This document shows, one piece after another, positions 61,974 through 64,000 of a DNA stretch of 64,000 nt. Origin of the DNA: an uncultured Steroidobacteraceae bacterium (GTDB lineage: Bacteria; Pseudomonadota; Gammaproteobacteria; Steroidobacterales; Steroidobacteraceae). Position 1 is the stretch's first letter; every line of letters begins with the position of its first letter. The notes below the pieces were generated by a model. It was not told the origin of the DNA. It saw only the letters and a list, made by a program, of their open reading frames with translations, and searched no databases. The stretch lies in contig CAYYQQ010000001.1 in the NCBI GenBank assembly GCA_964473595.1, forward strand, positions 15,231-79,230, written 5' to 3'. Both the position numbers and the translations under genes were made by a program.

Positions 61974-62636
61974 ATGGCAGCCGAGTACCCGGTAAGCAAA
62001 CTGAACAAGGTCAGGCAACTTCGGGAGAAGGGCCGCTATGACAGGGAAAGCGTGCATCGGATCCTGGATGCCGGACTCGTAGCACAGGTTGCTTTCATCG
62101 AAGACGGAAATCCGGTCGTCGTACCCATGATTTATGGTCGCGATGGCGAAACCGTGTATTTGCACGGCGCGCGCAAAGCCCGGGTAATTCGCATGGTTGA
62201 AGGCAGCGATAAGATCTGCCTGAACGTGACCCTGCTGGATGGCATCGTGCTGGCTCGTTCCGCGTTCAATTCCTCGATGAACTATCGCTCGGTAACCGTC
62301 TTCGGCACACCAAGCCTGGTCGAAGGCAGTACGGAGAAACTGCGCGCCATGAAGGTCATCAGCGAACACCTGATGCCGGGCCGCTGGGACGAGCTGCGGG
62401 TACCTCATGAGAACGAAGTCGAAATGACCGGCGTGATCGCGGTGAAAATTGACGCTGCATCCGCCAAGGTGTCCACGGGAATGCCGGTCGATGAACCCGA
62501 TGACTATGCCATCCCGGTCTGGGCCGGCGTTTTGCCGCTGACATCGCAATTGCAATGCTTGCGGGACGATGAGCGGCTGTTACTAGGTGTCACGGCATCC
62601 GTCACGGTGCGTGCATTGCAGAACAGAATCCTTTAG
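61974..62636 (+). CDS. Pyridoxamine 5'-phosphate oxidase-like FMN-binding protein
   Basis: 220 aa. NKVRQLREKGRYDRESVHRILDAGLVAQVAFIEDGNPVVVPMIYGRDGETVYLHG is the typical PNPOx-like split-barrel family N-terminus. Confidence 0.65.
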   Translation: MAAEYPVSKLNKVRQLREKGRYDRESVHRILDAGLVAQVAFIEDGNPVVVPMIYGRDGETVYLHGARKARVIRMVEGSDKICLNVTLLDGIVLARSAFNSSMNYRSVTVFGTPSLVEGSTEKLRAMKVISEHLMPGRWDELRVPHENEVEMTGVIAVKIDAASAKVSTGMPVDEPDDYAIPVWAGVLPLTSQLQCLRDDERLLLGVTASVTVRALQNRIL

Positions 62637-62719
62637 TCAGTCAGGTTCGATGTTCAGCGGAGAGAAATTTGCATTAGTATTGAGTGGCTTTGTTGAAAGC
62701 GAACGCATCGCTTCGGTCG

Positions 62720-63319
62720 TCACGCGTTGCCTTCCATCTGAGTGCGGCCGGCGCCGCGAACGGACTGGGCGAGGTCGGTCACTTTCTCCGCTTGGCCGTT
62801 GGCAGCGAAAGTATTTCCATGGTAATTGCCGAATGAACAGCGCGTCAGCCGTGCTGCTTTGCAGAATGCCTTGGCTGAAGCCGGCTTTCGGGATCGGGTC
62901 AGGTATTTGTTGCCCAAGCTCTCACCCATATCTGCGCACGGAGGATTGTACTCTTCGACGATCAGGGCAGCGCCCGAGGGAAATTTTAGAATCGTGCCTC
63001 GCGGCAGCCGCGACAGCGCAACCACGCCGGACAAGCAGAGGTTGGCGCCAAGGTCAGAAGCCTGCAGCGGTTCGCTCAAGTCCATCTGGCTGCTTATTGC
63101 GGCCAGTTCTTCGATCGAGACGGCCGACCACTGGCGCTCGTTTCGGCGGTATGTTCCCTTCGGCTGCTTGTCTCCCAGCCAGGTTTCGCGCACAAACGAG
63201 CGGTGCCGGTCGCCGACGATGCCGTCCAGCTCAACCTGGATGCACGGACAAGCCGGTTTCGCCAGCTCGCCTCGCGTACCCGCATGAACTGAGACGACTT
63301 TAGCCTTGAGTGATTTCAT
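62720..63319 (-). CDS. MOSC domain-containing protein
   Basis: 199 aa from ATG 63319. LDGIVGDRH and a conserved Cys context (EEYNPPCADMG) fit the MOSC beta-barrel. Confidence 0.55.
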   Translation of the reverse strand: MKSLKAKVVSVHAGTRGELAKPACPCIQVELDGIVGDRHRSFVRETWLGDKQPKGTYRRNERQWSAVSIEELAAISSQMDLSEPLQASDLGANLCLSGVVALSRLPRGTILKFPSGAALIVEEYNPPCADMGESLGNKYLTRSRKPASAKAFCKAARLTRCSFGNYHGNTFAANGQAEKVTDLAQSVRGAGRTQMEGNA

Positions 63320-63496
63320 ATGACACCCCGAGCGTTGTTCAGCACGCAGCGCGATCCAGCGCATCACGCGCGGGTAGCACTTTAGAATGCTGGTTTGCAC
63401 GTATCCCTGCAACGACCCGAGTAAGCATGCCTATAGGCGATGTCGCTTGTCGCTGACTGGTGCGCTAACATTTTCAGATGCCATAAGGATGAGATC

Positions 63497-63856
63497 ATGG
63501 CCATCAAGCACGTCAAAGCGATCGCAGCCATTCCATCCGAGAAGTTGGAAGATTGGGGTCTCGTGGCATTACCCAAGTCCGCAACGGTCTCGCGACTGCG
63601 CGGACTGGTCATCAACGAACACCCGGATGGCTCGTCCGCCGGCATCTGGGAGTGCAGCCCGGGGATCTGGACGCGCCAGGTGATGGATGCGGAGATCAGC
63701 ACATTCCTCAAAGGGCACGCGCTGTTTCATCCGGATGAGGGCGAGACCCTGGATATCAGGGCTGGAGACACGGTGTACTTCGACGAAAACAGCAAGGGCA
63801 CCTGGGAAGTGCTGGAGACCGTGCGCAAGGCCTATTTGACCTTCAAGCGGCGATGA
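63497..63856 (+). CDS. Small cupin (cupin_3/DUF861-like)
   Basis: 119 aa from ATG 63497 with AAGGA RBS. GIWECSPG ... EISTFLKGHALF ... GDTVYF cupin strands. Confidence 0.55.
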   Translation: MAIKHVKAIAAIPSEKLEDWGLVALPKSATVSRLRGLVINEHPDGSSAGIWECSPGIWTRQVMDAEISTFLKGHALFHPDEGETLDIRAGDTVYFDENSKGTWEVLETVRKAYLTFKRR

Positions 63857-63919
63857 GCGGCTTCGGTGTCGAATTTCAGTCAACCGCGCCCGGGTGCGCG
63901 AATCAAGGAGCGACGAATC

Positions 63920-64000
63920 ATGCCGGAAATCAGCAGTCAGCATCGGTGTGCGGCACTCGTGGATCTCGTCGAGTGTGAGTCATTTGGCGTACCGGTCGGT
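63920..64000 (+). CDS. Unknown protein, 5' fragment only (runs off the window)
   Basis: ATG 63920 is preceded by AAGGAG 8 nt upstream, and the frame is open to the window end (MPEISSQHRCAALVDLVECESFGVPVG). Confidence 0.3.
   Translation, partial: MPEISSQHRCAALVDLVECESFGVPVG

Overview
Gene-dense, high-GC (roughly 57-68%) chromosomal segment, most likely from a marine or soil proteobacterium. I count about 52 protein-coding genes. I found no rRNA, tRNA, CRISPR array, transposase, integrase or phage gene. The region is almost entirely catabolic, and its theme is breakdown of compatible solutes (trimethylammonium and sulfonium osmolytes). The main modules, in order: (1) heterotetrameric sarcosine oxidase soxBDAG (4278-9234). 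(2) A minus-strand operon of acyl-CoA dehydrogenase, L-carnitine-dehydrogenase-like enzyme, ADP-forming acyl-CoA synthetase and BKACE (16511-11341). Together with an unlinked CaiD-like crotonase (23767-24567), this looks like an aerobic gamma-butyrobetaine/carnitine to glycine-betaine route. (3) A LysR regulator divergent from a nine-gene plus-strand array that opens with a DmdA-like aminomethyltransferase, an acyl-CoA dehydrogenase and AcuI/YhdH acryloyl-CoA reductase. The array continues through an SDR, a quinone oxidoreductase, a lipoprotein type-B carboxylesterase, a BCCT transporter and an FAD oxidoreductase (35768-45754). (4) A DddP-like M24 enzyme (59113-60333). Other content: a molybdenum hydroxylase (CoxM/S/L-type order, XDH-type active site) with MocA and XdhC maturation genes, and an orphan beta-oxidation/luciferase-like operon. 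There is also an amidase plus CoA-transferase pair, a galactoside locus (secreted GH2 beta-galactosidase convergent with galM-like, galK, galT and a Na+/solute symporter) and a run of hydrolase genes, most with signal peptides. Sequence-level oddities: a ~65-77 bp direct repeat containing the 3' end of the BKACE gene brackets a 2-kb amidohydrolase segment. An FAD oxidoreductase has its Rossmann motif upstream of any canonical in-frame start, implying a frameshift or a non-canonical start. A 65-aa membrane ORF is hidden inside a spurious long ORF. Short AT-rich motifs recur in several promoter regions. An AT-rich Tat-signal cupin gene sits in GC-rich flanks. All functional calls rest on my own recognition of motifs and families. 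No database search was run.
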